A stretch of DNA of 41,498 bases from a virus (Duplodnaviria; Caudoviricetes): positions 1-41,498 of IMG/VR virus record IMGVR_UViG_3300014208_000014; one strand, 5' to 3'. Under the pieces are notes generated by a model. That model saw nothing but the letters and a program-made list of their open reading frames with translations, ran no database searches and had not been told where the DNA came from. Below, in pieces: positions 17,097 to 26,066 of this stretch. The position numbers and the translations under genes are program-made. How positions within the stretch are numbered: the first letter of the stretch is position 1; every line of letters starts with the position of its first letter.

Positions 17097-17252
17097 TTAA
17101 ATGTCATCTAATTCTTCTAGGTCGTCTATCTCTTCTGTATACCTACAGCTAGGGTAGCCGGTGCAGGCAAGGAAAAGTTCATCAGTTGTCCTATTTTTCC
17201 TAACCGTTAGCGGTTCTCCACACTCTGGGCAGTCCTTTTCTTCAGTTTTCAT
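17097..17252 (-). CDS. Stand-alone topoisomerase I-type C4 zinc-ribbon protein (51 aa, not in ORF track)
   Basis: MKTEEKDCPECGEPLTVRKNRTTDELFLACTGYPSCRYTEEIDDLEELDDI* matches the CPxCGxxLxxR...FLxCxxYPxCxYT pattern. Confidence 0.75.
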   Translation of the reverse strand: MKTEEKDCPECGEPLTVRKNRTTDELFLACTGYPSCRYTEEIDDLEELDDI

Positions 17253-17335
17253 AGATAGTTTCTAATTATAGTTGCTAGTAATATCGCGATTGCGAATAAG
17301 GAACAATACAGCATGAACCAGATAATATACTCCAT
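17249..17335 (-). CDS. 28-aa transmembrane peptide (not in ORF track)
   Basis: MEYIIWFMLYCSLFAIAILLATIIRNYL*; start and stop overlap the neighbouring genes. Confidence 0.45.
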   Translation of the reverse strand: MEYIIWFMLYCSLFAIAILLATIIRNYL

Positions 17336-17571
17336 CAAATTAGTTTTTTAAGTAAGGTAATTAGCTTAAATCTTTCCATGAAATTATAGGTCTTTTCATA
17401 ACCCCGTAATCTCTCTACGACTTCCCATTCATCTGCCACATCACCTTCTCCGAAAGCTAAGAACATTAGGGTGGATTGCACGAAGTCTTGGTCAGCTTCC
17501 GACATAATTATTTTTACTTTTTCGAAAAGCTTGATAATTTCTTGCCGACTTGGTAAAGTATTTTTGGTCAT
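17335..17571 (-). CDS. Hypothetical protein
   Basis: 78-aa ORF in operon. Confidence 0.6.
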   Translation of the reverse strand: MTKNTLPSRQEIIKLFEKVKIIMSEADQDFVQSTLMFLAFGEGDVADEWEVVERLRGYEKTYNFMERFKLITLLKKLI

Positions 17572-17629
17572 AGTGTTGGGTTAAGTTAATGGATGGGAAG
17601 AGAGGGCGGAAAACGCTCTCTTTTTCTTT

Positions 17630-17971
17630 TTATTCTTTGTTGTTATAAGCCTGCTGAAGCAGATATGACAACTCCGGTTCTTCATCGAAGGTTCCATCCA
17701 ATAATTCCATAAGAATTTTCCTGGTCACCTCTTCACCTGCTGATGCTTTTAAGGCTTCAATCAAGGTACTGATGGACAAAATTATCTCTTCTGGGGCTCC
17801 CTTTATGCTGCACCTATCCTTGCTGAGCTGGATTGTCCATTGGGGTTGTGACGATGGCTTCCGGTTGGGGAGGGAGGGGTTCGGAGTTGGTGATGACGAC
17901 TCCTTCTCCAGCGAGAACTTCAACGGGTTCTGCTGTTCCTGCGACGGGTTGTTCTGTTCTTGTTTGGTCAT
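17630..17971 (-). CDS. Hypothetical protein
   Basis: 113-aa ORF, overlaps the HTH gene tail. Confidence 0.55.
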   Translation of the reverse strand: MTKQEQNNPSQEQQNPLKFSLEKESSSPTPNPSLPNRKPSSQPQWTIQLSKDRCSIKGAPEEIILSISTLIEALKASAGEEVTRKILMELLDGTFDEEPELSYLLQQAYNNKE

Positions 17972-18164
17972 CTGTTTCGTAGATTAAATCTGTAAAATCA
18001 CACTTGAAATATTTGAGCATAGCGAGGACATTTTTCAGGTTTGGCTGCCCTTTCTGGCTTTCCCAATGGCTAATTGTCAGGGGGGAACGGCCAAGCGCTT
18101 TACCTACTTCTTTCTGAGAGACCCCCAGCGCGGTACGGAAATCTTTTACTTTATTCTTTATCAT
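17814..18164 (-). CDS. XRE/Cro-like helix-turn-helix transcriptional regulator
   Basis: KDFRTALGVSQKEVGKALGRSPLTISHWESQKGQP HTH_3 signature. Confidence 0.85.
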   Translation of the reverse strand: MIKNKVKDFRTALGVSQKEVGKALGRSPLTISHWESQKGQPNLKNVLAMLKYFKCDFTDLIYETDDQTRTEQPVAGTAEPVEVLAGEGVVITNSEPLPPQPEAIVTTPMDNPAQQG

Positions 18165-18175
18165 TTTTTAATTGG

Positions 18176-18661
18176 TTACTTTATTTCTAATCTTTTACTT
18201 TGTACTAACTCTGCGCCATGTACAATTCGACCTGATTGGATGGCCTTCTTAATAGCAGTCTTATCAACTTTGGTAGTAATAATTTGGGTCTTAAATTCAG
18301 AGCCCAGCACGTCTTCATTGAACACCTGGACAGAGGGAGGATTCTTTTTAATCTTGATAGTATGTACTCCAAAATTAATTTCGGAAATCTCATTCGTTTC
18401 CATAGACTGTTGGAGGTACATCTTCAGCCAGTCTACCCGCCTCTCTGCGCTTTGTTTAATGGCCTTTAAACGAACGATTTCATTGTCTATGGCCTCTAAG
18501 CCCATTTCTGAGCTTTTAATGTATAAGGCCACGTGCTGCTGCTTCAAATCCCTTTCCATTTCTAGTCTTTCCAATTCCACACCGTCTATTTCACCGGTCA
18601 GCGGGTCAGAGGTGGAGACCAAAGCAAGTAGCTTATTGTCTATCTTGTATAATTGTTCCAT
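18176..18661 (-). CDS. Siphovirus Gp157-family protein
   Basis: DPLTGEI, IDNEIVRLK, IKKNPPSV, DKTAIKKAIQSG..VHGAELV motifs. Confidence 0.85.
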   Translation of the reverse strand: MEQLYKIDNKLLALVSTSDPLTGEIDGVELERLEMERDLKQQHVALYIKSSEMGLEAIDNEIVRLKAIKQSAERRVDWLKMYLQQSMETNEISEINFGVHTIKIKKNPPSVQVFNEDVLGSEFKTQIITTKVDKTAIKKAIQSGRIVHGAELVQSKRLEIK

Positions 18662-18667
18662 AGTGTT

Positions 18668-18856
18668 TTATGACTTAAATTCTGGGGGATTTTCCCAAGG
18701 CATGTCATTGTGTTCCGGGAGGCTAACCAGTTCTTCTAGAAGATTAGACTGCTCTCCCCTGTAGTTTAGATATTTGATTTGGGCTTTAGTAACGGCCTTT
18801 GGTTGTCGCATAATCTGTTTATCCTCTGGCCGGATTGCTCCGAACTTTTTTAACAT
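18668..18856 (-). CDS. Hypothetical protein
   Basis: 62-aa ORF abutting its neighbours. Confidence 0.55.
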   Translation of the reverse strand: MLKKFGAIRPEDKQIMRQPKAVTKAQIKYLNYRGEQSNLLEELVSLPEHNDMPWENPPEFKS

Positions 18857-19342
18857 TTATTTAATTGGCTTGAATTTCGTCATTTTATTCCCCTTATCCC
18901 CATTCTGTTTAGTATATAGTTCGATGAAACACTTTGCCTGTTTGCCAATAAAGGTCTGTTCGTCGAACTCCAGCTCATCATCTGGGTCTAGACCAGTGAG
19001 AGCACAGACCATAAGCCTACCGTCTCTATGACACTGCTCTTTTTTATTATATCCCAGGTCTTTTTCTACTATAAACATCTTCATCTTAGGGTTTACCATC
19101 TCCTCTCCATCAATTCGCTTGATTGCTGAACCGTCAACTGCTGACCTAACTAGGAACGTAACTATAAGCTGGTCTTCCTCTTCATCTGTTTCTATAGCTT
19201 GTCTACCCTGCCAAATTTTGACTTTCGTTTTTCCCCACTCCGCGCTTTCCACCTCTACTACATAGAGGTTTTCTTCTAATGGGATAAAGACATCTTTCTT
19301 TTTATCTACTTCTGAGAGAGCTTTCATCGTGAACTTAGGCAT
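18857..19342 (-). CDS. Putative single-stranded DNA-binding protein (DUF669-like)
   Basis: F.PL....Y.VEVESAE, FIGK.AKC.IE...NG...NK pattern; next to Gp157 and primase. Confidence 0.55.
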   Translation of the reverse strand: MPKFTMKALSEVDKKKDVFIPLEENLYVVEVESAEWGKTKVKIWQGRQAIETDEEEDQLIVTFLVRSAVDGSAIKRIDGEEMVNPKMKMFIVEKDLGYNKKEQCHRDGRLMVCALTGLDPDDELEFDEQTFIGKQAKCFIELYTKQNGDKGNKMTKFKPIK

Positions 19343-19400
19343 GGATTTATGCTGTTATGTTGTAATTGGCGTAAAGAAACTTTTCTTTTGTGCCACCCTT

Positions 19401-19429
19401 CTTATATAGCATACAAAGAGGGGGGTCAA
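19401..19429 (-). promoter_or_regulatory. Sigma70-like promoter for the SSB/Gp157/HTH operon
   Basis: - strand TTGACC (19429-19424), 17-bp spacer, TATAAG (19406-19401). Confidence 0.5.
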
Positions 19430-19444
19430 CTAGATATAGATGAC

Positions 19445-20503
19445 TTATAGTTTGAACAGTGTTTTAATATATTCTTTAGTTTCTCCGGGGGTTAAACCAT
19501 ACCATTTTAGGAAATGGAAGATGTTACAAAACCGGGGCTGGTTATTACTAAAAATCATATTTTTTTCCAGGTCTAACCAATTTGGAGTAGTGGCTCCGTT
19601 GGCTATGATATTGAGTTTATCGGGGGAAGTCCTTTTTAGGGTGAACACATCTCCCCTGACTGCATCTGTGCCAGAAAGTTTTTCTATTACCTGGTCTACT
19701 GGCAAGTCAGTTACCTTCTGCCACATAGACTTGTTTGTTTTATAAGTAGGTACAGAAATGAATACTCTCTCTCTCTCTACCTCTACTGGCTGTATATCCA
19801 GGTGCTCTAATATCTCTGCCTGTGTATACATGCACATTGAACAAAAAAGTTGAACAGGCTTGATAATTCCAGTCTCCCCTTTCTTATAATATTTGAAGTA
19901 GGGGACTCTAAGCATAGAAGTAAGTTTGCTACAGGCGGGGTCGGCCTTATACTCTTTCACTAGTGCCCTTTGTATCATATTAAAGTCTTCCTCTGTGACT
20001 ATGCCTTTAATTACCCAATATAGTTGAAACCCATTTCTAGTTTCTATAGTAAGCGTAGGTAAGGGTACCTTTTTAATAAAAATATCAGACAGTATATCAT
20101 TTTTTAATTCTGCTCTGACTACCAAGTCCGCCTCTGACTTTACGTCATTAGTCATAGGTATATCTATGTCCACAAAGAAAGCATTAACATTGGCGAAGTT
20201 TAAGAGTTTATTTTTATCTTCTTTTACTTTTACACCATTAGGAGTAAAATGTATGTTCCAGCCGCCTTGATTCATCTGTACATATTTTTGCATAAACTCG
20301 AAAGCCTGCTCTTCGGTACAGCCCGCTGGAAGTTCATCAGAAGGAATACACCCCTCTGCCTGTCCTTCTTTCGGAAGCATGGCACAAAGATAGCTACCGG
20401 GGAACATTGCCCACCAGTCGGCGAAGCTCAGCTCCTCAATCGTTTTGTCTGATTTCAACATAAGCTTCTGGCAGTAAATAGTTTTGGAAATCGTCCTGGG
20501 CAA
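19445..20503 (-). CDS. RepB-like/AEP superfamily DNA primase
   Basis: HFTPN, FFVDID, IETRNGFQLYW and ADPAC...SMLRVP motifs; true start may be the internal MLKSDK. Confidence 0.75.
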   Translation of the reverse strand: MPRTISKTIYCQKLMLKSDKTIEELSFADWWAMFPGSYLCAMLPKEGQAEGCIPSDELPAGCTEEQAFEFMQKYVQMNQGGWNIHFTPNGVKVKEDKNKLLNFANVNAFFVDIDIPMTNDVKSEADLVVRAELKNDILSDIFIKKVPLPTLTIETRNGFQLYWVIKGIVTEEDFNMIQRALVKEYKADPACSKLTSMLRVPYFKYYKKGETGIIKPVQLFCSMCMYTQAEILEHLDIQPVEVERERVFISVPTYKTNKSMWQKVTDLPVDQVIEKLSGTDAVRGDVFTLKRTSPDKLNIIANGATTPNWLDLEKNMIFSNNQPRFCNIFHFLKWYGLTPGETKEYIKTLFKL

Positions 20504-22172
20504 TCTTGATATTCTTTACTAAAGTTTTATAAACTTCTGGCGTTTCCTCTTTATCATACTCGGAAAGGGGTACTTCTACTCCCCGGATTTGTCGCCTTCC
20601 CATTCTGAGTACTTTTTTCTCTCCCCCCAGACTTTTTGCTAAAAGACTTTTTGCCATTGGTACTGAAATAGTAGTCTGTCTGTAAAACCCTAAATTATAA
20701 GCTACGTCTACAAGTGCTCCCACATTCCATCGCACCACCTCATTTTTTACTTCTACATATTTAGAAGCAGCACAAGGGGCATTCCCCTGAAAGGCGTTTC
20801 TGTCGAACCAATCTCTGCTGATACAGACATTAAAGAAAAAATCTATTAACTGCTCAGTAAAACACGTTTTCTTTACGGTAGAAAAGAAAGATCCTTCTGT
20901 TTCTTGTTTTTCCCAAAAAGTTTTGACTATCTTCAGAATATTTTCACCCGCCTCAAGCCCAAAAACTGCGCCCAGTGCGGAATACAAAACTTTTTCCTCG
21001 TCACCATTAGGAGAAAAAAAGTCTCTCTCCATCAACATTTTGAATACTTTTTTGTCGAACCCTTTTACCAAGATTTTCCAAAAGAGTTCGTGTACCACCC
21101 CATTCGCCTGACAGGTCGCCATGTCAAAATCCATAGGAGGCAATTTCCAATCATCATCTAGCTCGAACAAAACAATTCTTCTCCGTACCGCCGGGTCTAT
21201 TGGCACGTCCTCTCCTGAAAGTAACAGCGTAGACTTAGGCACATAACTTTTTAGTTCCTGGTCTTTTGTACCTTTGTTTATAGCCGCCCTAGTATATAGT
21301 GACCTGATTATTGTTTCTTTACTCAATGCGTGGCCCATCATTCTCATCTCATCTCGCCAAATTGCAAAACAGGATGCCTGACATAGCTGCTTAGTTTCTA
21401 CAAACGGTGAAGTCTGCGTATAATCACAGCCTACCATATTCAACCCCCAGAATCTGTAAAAGTTCGACAACAAAGAGGTTTTACCCGACTTGGTCGTCCC
21501 AGAAATAGCAAATAAAGGAAAAAATCTTTTCCCCCGGCAATCCAACACCTCAGGCATAAACATACAGGCAACAAAGTAACCTAACACCGCCCAGCTCAAA
21601 GGCTTCAATCCATACTGACTTTGCCAGATATCCAATAAACAGGGGAAATCTAGTTCTTTATTTTCTTCCATTGGCAAAACTCCGCCGAATTTAAGTTCGT
21701 CATCTACACTCCTGATATCAATAAAAAAAACTTTTTCACCTCGCTCGAACAAACAAAACCCTCGGTGTGGCTGGAGTTTCAGCTCACCCTGCTCAATCCA
21801 AGCTATATGTTCTTTTAAAACCCAAAAATCTTGACCCTGCTCGTAATATCTACCGACATGATCCTTAAGATTTACCAAAATCTTCTTTTTGTGTTCCTTT
21901 TTATATCGCTCCATCAACGCCGCAACCAGACATTGTAAATCACGGTCACTACCCAGAAAAACAAACGGGGCAAGTAAAGATGAGAATTTATGTTTATTAG
22001 TTAAGGTGTCAGTCGTAACTGCATACAGGCCCCGGTTTCTTATTTCTATTAATACTTCAGTTTTGTCTTCAGTTACCCCTTTTATTACTACATCAGTATT
22101 AATTAGGAGAACTTTTCCATCTTTTATTATGCGATAAATTTCACCGTCCTCAATTACGATTTCAAATGCCAT
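20436..22172 (-). CDS. P-loop NTPase, putative replicative helicase (DUF927/Cch-like)
   Basis: Walker A GTTKSGKTS, Walker B IWRDE, LLSGE...DPAVRRR motif; adjacent to primase. Confidence 0.7.
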   Translation of the reverse strand: MAFEIVIEDGEIYRIIKDGKVLLINTDVVIKGVTEDKTEVLIEIRNRGLYAVTTDTLTNKHKFSSLLAPFVFLGSDRDLQCLVAALMERYKKEHKKKILVNLKDHVGRYYEQGQDFWVLKEHIAWIEQGELKLQPHRGFCLFERGEKVFFIDIRSVDDELKFGGVLPMEENKELDFPCLLDIWQSQYGLKPLSWAVLGYFVACMFMPEVLDCRGKRFFPLFAISGTTKSGKTSLLSNFYRFWGLNMVGCDYTQTSPFVETKQLCQASCFAIWRDEMRMMGHALSKETIIRSLYTRAAINKGTKDQELKSYVPKSTLLLSGEDVPIDPAVRRRIVLFELDDDWKLPPMDFDMATCQANGVVHELFWKILVKGFDKKVFKMLMERDFFSPNGDEEKVLYSALGAVFGLEAGENILKIVKTFWEKQETEGSFFSTVKKTCFTEQLIDFFFNVCISRDWFDRNAFQGNAPCAASKYVEVKNEVVRWNVGALVDVAYNLGFYRQTTISVPMAKSLLAKSLGGEKKVLRMGRRQIRGVEVPLSEYDKEETPEVYKTLVKNIKIAQDDFQNYLLPEAYVEIRQND

Positions 22173-22184
22173 AGTGCAAAATGA

Positions 22185-22487
22185 TTAGCTTTCTAGTTTA
22201 AATTTTTTCTCCCCTTCTGCTTTTTTTGGTTCTTCTGGAGCCGAATTACTTAGCCACTCTTGCACAGCATCAAGGAGAATATAGGCCAGCTCTTTACGAG
22301 TATTATAGTCCATAATTTTACCAGGACTAAATCTAAATAGATATTTCCCATCAGGGTGTTTGCCAAGCGTGAGTACAGCGAAAATAGGAATTTTTTTACC
22401 CAGCTCGCTTATATATTTGGCATAACTTTTTTCTACTTTACCAGCCCAAAAATTTTGCCCCCCTTCACTTCCGGTAGTTTTTTCCAT
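22185..22487 (-). CDS. Hypothetical protein (likely start MEKTTG)
   Basis: The upstream extension in the ORF track is AT-rich leader-like sequence. Confidence 0.6.
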   Translation of the reverse strand: MEKTTGSEGGQNFWAGKVEKSYAKYISELGKKIPIFAVLTLGKHPDGKYLFRFSPGKIMDYNTRKELAYILLDAVQEWLSNSAPEEPKKAEGEKKFKLES

Positions 22488-22797
22488 TTTAAACTTTATT
22501 AAAAAATAAAAATAAAAAATTTTTACCCCTCTCGCTTGCAATCTTCTATTACCATTATAATTAGACCTATAACTAGAGCAATAGAGTAAATGAACCATAT
22601 AACTGCAATTACGTCTATAAGTCTAAGCATAAGTATAGTTAAAAAATAAACACAATTAAGACGGCAGGGAAATTAGCCCCTGTTTTGTTATTGTTAATGC
22701 TGTGTTAAAAAGTTTTGTAATTCCAAGATAAGATAACTGATTTAAATTTTGCGGCAAATTTTTGGAATTGCTAGTACCATGATTTTTGTTTTGCCGT

Positions 22798-22821
22798 GGT
22801 ATAGGCCAGGGTATAGGCCAG
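22798..22821. repeat. Tandem 12-bp direct repeat GGTATAGGCCAG x2
   Basis: Exact copies at 22798-22809 and 22810-22821 in the divergent intergenic region. Confidence 0.85.
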
Positions 22822-22858
22822 TTTGAAGATGGCTCTATTAAGCGACTTGTGTGTGGTA

Positions 22859-22887
22859 TTGACATATGCATATATCCAATATATATA
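22859..22887 (+). promoter_or_regulatory. Possible sigma70-like promoter for the rightward early cluster
   Basis: TTGACA, 17 bp, TATATA. Confidence 0.4.
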
Positions 22888-22911
22888 TGGTGGTGTTCAT
22901 AACTTAACAAC

Positions 22912-23592
22912 ATGCCAAGTCGCAAAGACCCGAAAAGTCGCAAAGACCCGAAAAACAAAAAACAAAAAGATATGAATCAAACCTCTATACCTATTCCAGA
23001 AGAGGGAGCGGAAATAGTAGCAGAGGAAGGGGAAGAAATACAGACAACCAATGTCGTCGGTAAAGACGGGAAAGTTAAGAAGATGGCCACTTTCACGCCG
23101 GATAGAAGAAAGCTAACTAAGGTAGTCATCACTAACCTAGAGGGTAAAGGAGATGTTATAAGAGAAGGACACTATAGCAATGGTGAGGTAGATGTAAGCC
23201 ACCATCAATCGGTATTACTAAGTTTTCCACCGCACAGCGAAGATCTAATAGCGGGCAAGGAGGTGTGCGGATATAGGACTGTAAGAGGTACTTTCTCCGA
23301 GCTTATGACTGGCATTGTAACACTAATTGCAGCAATGGCCGAAGGTGAAGACGAAAAGACAAAACAACTTATAGCTCAATCTCTTATTTCTGTTTCAAAA
23401 GGTGTTAGAGCCGAAAACTGTGAGGAAGCTATAATCAGACAGTTAGTAGATGATAACTTCATCACACTAGCCAGAAGTAAAAGGGGAAGGCAAGTAGCGA
23501 AAGAATTCGGCTCTAAGCCAAGTAGCAAGTCAACTATTGATGATGTTAATGCCTTCCTTGACAAGATGAACAAAGCAAAGGGGAAAACCTAA
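22912..23592 (+). CDS. Hypothetical protein (alternative start MNQTSI at 22972)
   Basis: Long ORF, first gene of the rightward cluster. Confidence 0.7.
   Translation: MPSRKDPKSRKDPKNKKQKDMNQTSIPIPEEGAEIVAEEGEEIQTTNVVGKDGKVKKMATFTPDRRKLTKVVITNLEGKGDVIREGHYSNGEVDVSHHQSVLLSFPPHSEDLIAGKEVCGYRTVRGTFSELMTGIVTLIAAMAEGEDEKTKQLIAQSLISVSKGVRAENCEEAIIRQLVDDNFITLARSKRGRQVAKEFGSKPSSKSTIDDVNAFLDKMNKAKGKT
22917..22952. repeat. Tandem 18-bp direct repeat AAGTCGCAAAGACCCGAA x2
   Basis: Exact copies at 22917-22934 and 22935-22952. Confidence 0.85.
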
Positions 23593-23614
23593 TTACAATT
23601 AATAATCCAATAAT

Positions 23615-24256
23615 ATGGTGAAAAAGACTAACGACAAGAAAAGGGAAAAAGCAATAAAAGCAGCTATTCAAGGTCTGTGTTCCCTTCACCCTGATAAACT
23701 AGACCAAAGGTGTCGTGCTTGCCAATATATACTTGCCAATTATTATGATGTGGCGATTAGGGCCCAGATTGATTCCGACCCTGATGTTTTAATGCCAAGC
23801 CGAAAAACAAAGAAGGGTAAGAAGGAGGATAGCGGCGGGAACAAGTGGCTTTACTTTAAGGACGGTGATGGAGAAGGTGCAAAAGATATATTAGAGAATT
23901 GGCAAAAAAGATGGCGCAGCACTTGGAACGCAACACCGACTGAAAGTAAAACAGGTGACTTCGCGCTTGAATCCTTTATCGCTTGTACCGAACAATTACT
24001 AGAGGCGAAAGAAATACTTGCAGAAGCAAAGAGCCAAAAAACCTTTGTGCTATACACAAAGATTACCAATGCCTACGAAAACTTTGCATTAGACACTTTT
24101 AGGTCTTGCCGGCTGGCCGCCAGAAATAATCCGGATATAGACCGAACGCTTGTCCCCAAACTCCTAAAGCACAAGACAGACCTATTAAACACTATAAAAG
24201 AAGAGCTAGAGACAGACGCCACTACTAATGATACCGATAATACAACTAATAACTAA
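23615..24256 (+). CDS. Hypothetical protein with a possible CxxH...CxxC zinc site
   Basis: CSLH...CRAC. Confidence 0.7.
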   Translation: MVKKTNDKKREKAIKAAIQGLCSLHPDKLDQRCRACQYILANYYDVAIRAQIDSDPDVLMPSRKTKKGKKEDSGGNKWLYFKDGDGEGAKDILENWQKRWRSTWNATPTESKTGDFALESFIACTEQLLEAKEILAEAKSQKTFVLYTKITNAYENFALDTFRSCRLAARNNPDIDRTLVPKLLKHKTDLLNTIKEELETDATTNDTDNTTNN

Positions 24257-24274
24257 CTATTAACAACTAACATT

Positions 24275-25606
24275 ATGACTGTTGACAATTTAAATAATAT
24301 AATTATGGGTACAACTACTAAGCCAAGAAAAAAAAGAACAAAAAAGAAAGCAACTGTACCGACAGCGTCAGTACCTGTAACTGGAAAAGTACTCACAGAA
24401 ACAGAAGCAAAAGAAGCTATAAAAGCAATCGAAGATGAAGTTCTGGCTATCAAGCTGTTATCAGAATGGGGTGATTTCTGCAAAAAATATGCAGACAGAA
24501 TCAAAGCCGCTAACTGGCGCATGTCCATCAAAGAACGTGAAGAGGTTGAAGCAGCGACTGAAAAATATTGGGGGTGGGGTGACGACAAAAAAAGAGAGTT
24601 AGACGATGGCTTTGAAAAAAGCGTATCGCTGTATAACGACCAAACAAACGACTATAACCGGACGACAACCAAAAACTATTGCATACAACAGGGGATTCTA
24701 AGAACAAATAGTTTATGTATGCAGGATTGTAGAGCAGGAGAATGGTATTTAATCCCCGTTAAAATCTTTGCAAGAATTATTTTAGGAATACCTGTCGCTA
24801 AGACTGTAATAGATTTAGGTGATATAATTTTAGACGAGGCTACCAAAGAGGATATTATATCCGCTGTAAAACAGATTGAAAATCAACACAAGCTTTTCGT
24901 GGAGTGGGGGCTTGGAGAGGTGATTGAATATGGTAAGGGGATTACCCTGCTATTTCATGGTGTTGCGGGTACAGGTAAGACCCTAATTGCCCGTAGACTT
25001 GCTAAGGTACTTAAGTTTAAGATGTTAGAGCTAGATACAGCACAGCTTGAGTCTAGCGAGCCAGGCCAATACGAAAGGAACCTAACAGCTTTCTTTCAAA
25101 AAGCAGAAAAAGAGAAAAGTACAATTCTATTTCTTGATGAGTGTGATGGCTTAATCCAAAGTCGGACAGGTATGGGGCAAATTATGTCAGCTCAGAATAA
25201 TTGTTTACTAAAATGTATAGAAAATTATTCAGGAATCCTGATTATGGCCACTAACAGGATTGATAGTCTTGATGAGGCACTAGAGAGGAGGATTAGCCTA
25301 ATAATAGAGTTTAAAAGGCCAAGCAAAGAAACAAGAATTGAATTGTGGAAAAGACACTTACCAAAGAAGTTACCGATTGACCCTGTTATTACACCTACTG
25401 ACCTAGCGGAGTTTGACTTGACTGGCGGGCAAATAAAGAATGTCGTCTTAAACGCCGCCCGCTTTGCTATAGCCGCCGACGCTAAACAACTTTCACCTGA
25501 ACACTTCGCTCGAGCCGTAAGACATGTCAACAAGGGGAGCGAAGCATTCACTTCCCGTCGCTTAACTGGCCATCAACAACAGGATTATGTCGTCAAGGGG
25601 GGCTAA
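24275..25606 (+). CDS. Classic-clade AAA+ ATPase
   Basis: Walker A GVAGTGKT, Walker B LFLDECD, SRH MATNRIDSLDEALERR, LTGGQIKNVV lid. Confidence 0.9.
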   Translation: MTVDNLNNIIMGTTTKPRKKRTKKKATVPTASVPVTGKVLTETEAKEAIKAIEDEVLAIKLLSEWGDFCKKYADRIKAANWRMSIKEREEVEAATEKYWGWGDDKKRELDDGFEKSVSLYNDQTNDYNRTTTKNYCIQQGILRTNSLCMQDCRAGEWYLIPVKIFARIILGIPVAKTVIDLGDIILDEATKEDIISAVKQIENQHKLFVEWGLGEVIEYGKGITLLFHGVAGTGKTLIARRLAKVLKFKMLELDTAQLESSEPGQYERNLTAFFQKAEKEKSTILFLDECDGLIQSRTGMGQIMSAQNNCLLKCIENYSGILIMATNRIDSLDEALERRISLIIEFKRPSKETRIELWKRHLPKKLPIDPVITPTDLAEFDLTGGQIKNVVLNAARFAIAADAKQLSPEHFARAVRHVNKGSEAFTSRRLTGHQQQDYVVKGG

Positions 25607-25658
25607 ACTTTCGCCTTCACTTATACTTATAATTATCAATTAATCAACATTTACAATT

Positions 25659-25988
25659 ATGGGAATCTACATGAACCAACTTAAAAGAAAATACACAAAC
25701 ATACAGACAGTTAAACTGTTAGCAGAACTAGAAAAAAGAGGGATTGACCCTGCTGAATTTCTTGGAACTGTTAAGCAGCGAAGTACATGGGCGACCGCTA
25801 GCCTACCACTAACGACAGAGGAAAAGACGGCGCTCAAAGCGGCGTTGGGTAAACCAGAGCGCAAAGAGATTTTAAGCTTATTTGCAGACCTTAATCCCTC
25901 TCACAAGTACAGCGGCACTGGCCTGATATATCACGCTGGCCACCTGCTTATACGGGGCTTAATCAACAGACAGATTAAAATTCTCTAG
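25659..25988 (+). CDS. Hypothetical protein
   Basis: 109-aa ORF after the AAA ATPase. Confidence 0.65.
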   Translation: MGIYMNQLKRKYTNIQTVKLLAELEKRGIDPAEFLGTVKQRSTWATASLPLTTEEKTALKAALGKPERKEILSLFADLNPSHKYSGTGLIYHAGHLLIRGLINRQIKIL

Positions 25989-26066
25989 TCCCTGAAAGAA
26001 AGAAAAATTTTTTTCCTTTCCCCCTCTCACTGCACTTATAATCATACTTATAATTACACTAACCTT

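Noticed and set aside
17814-18164. Lysogeny switch / temperate lifestyle
   Set aside because: Only a single HTH gene sits inside an operon; no integrase, partition genes or divergent cI/cro pair was recognised.
5935-18764. Long antisense ORFs such as 5935-6726(-), 11402-11884(-) and 18066-18764(+)
   Set aside because: They lie opposite well-supported genes and have the S/L/F-rich composition typical of shadow frames.
22798-22954. Mini CRISPR array
   Set aside because: The repeats are directly adjacent with no spacers, and no cas genes are present.
22656-22958. - strand 100-aa ORF, and likewise 28126-28401(-)
   Set aside because: They span promoter/repeat sequence or lie antisense to terS, with no protein-like features.
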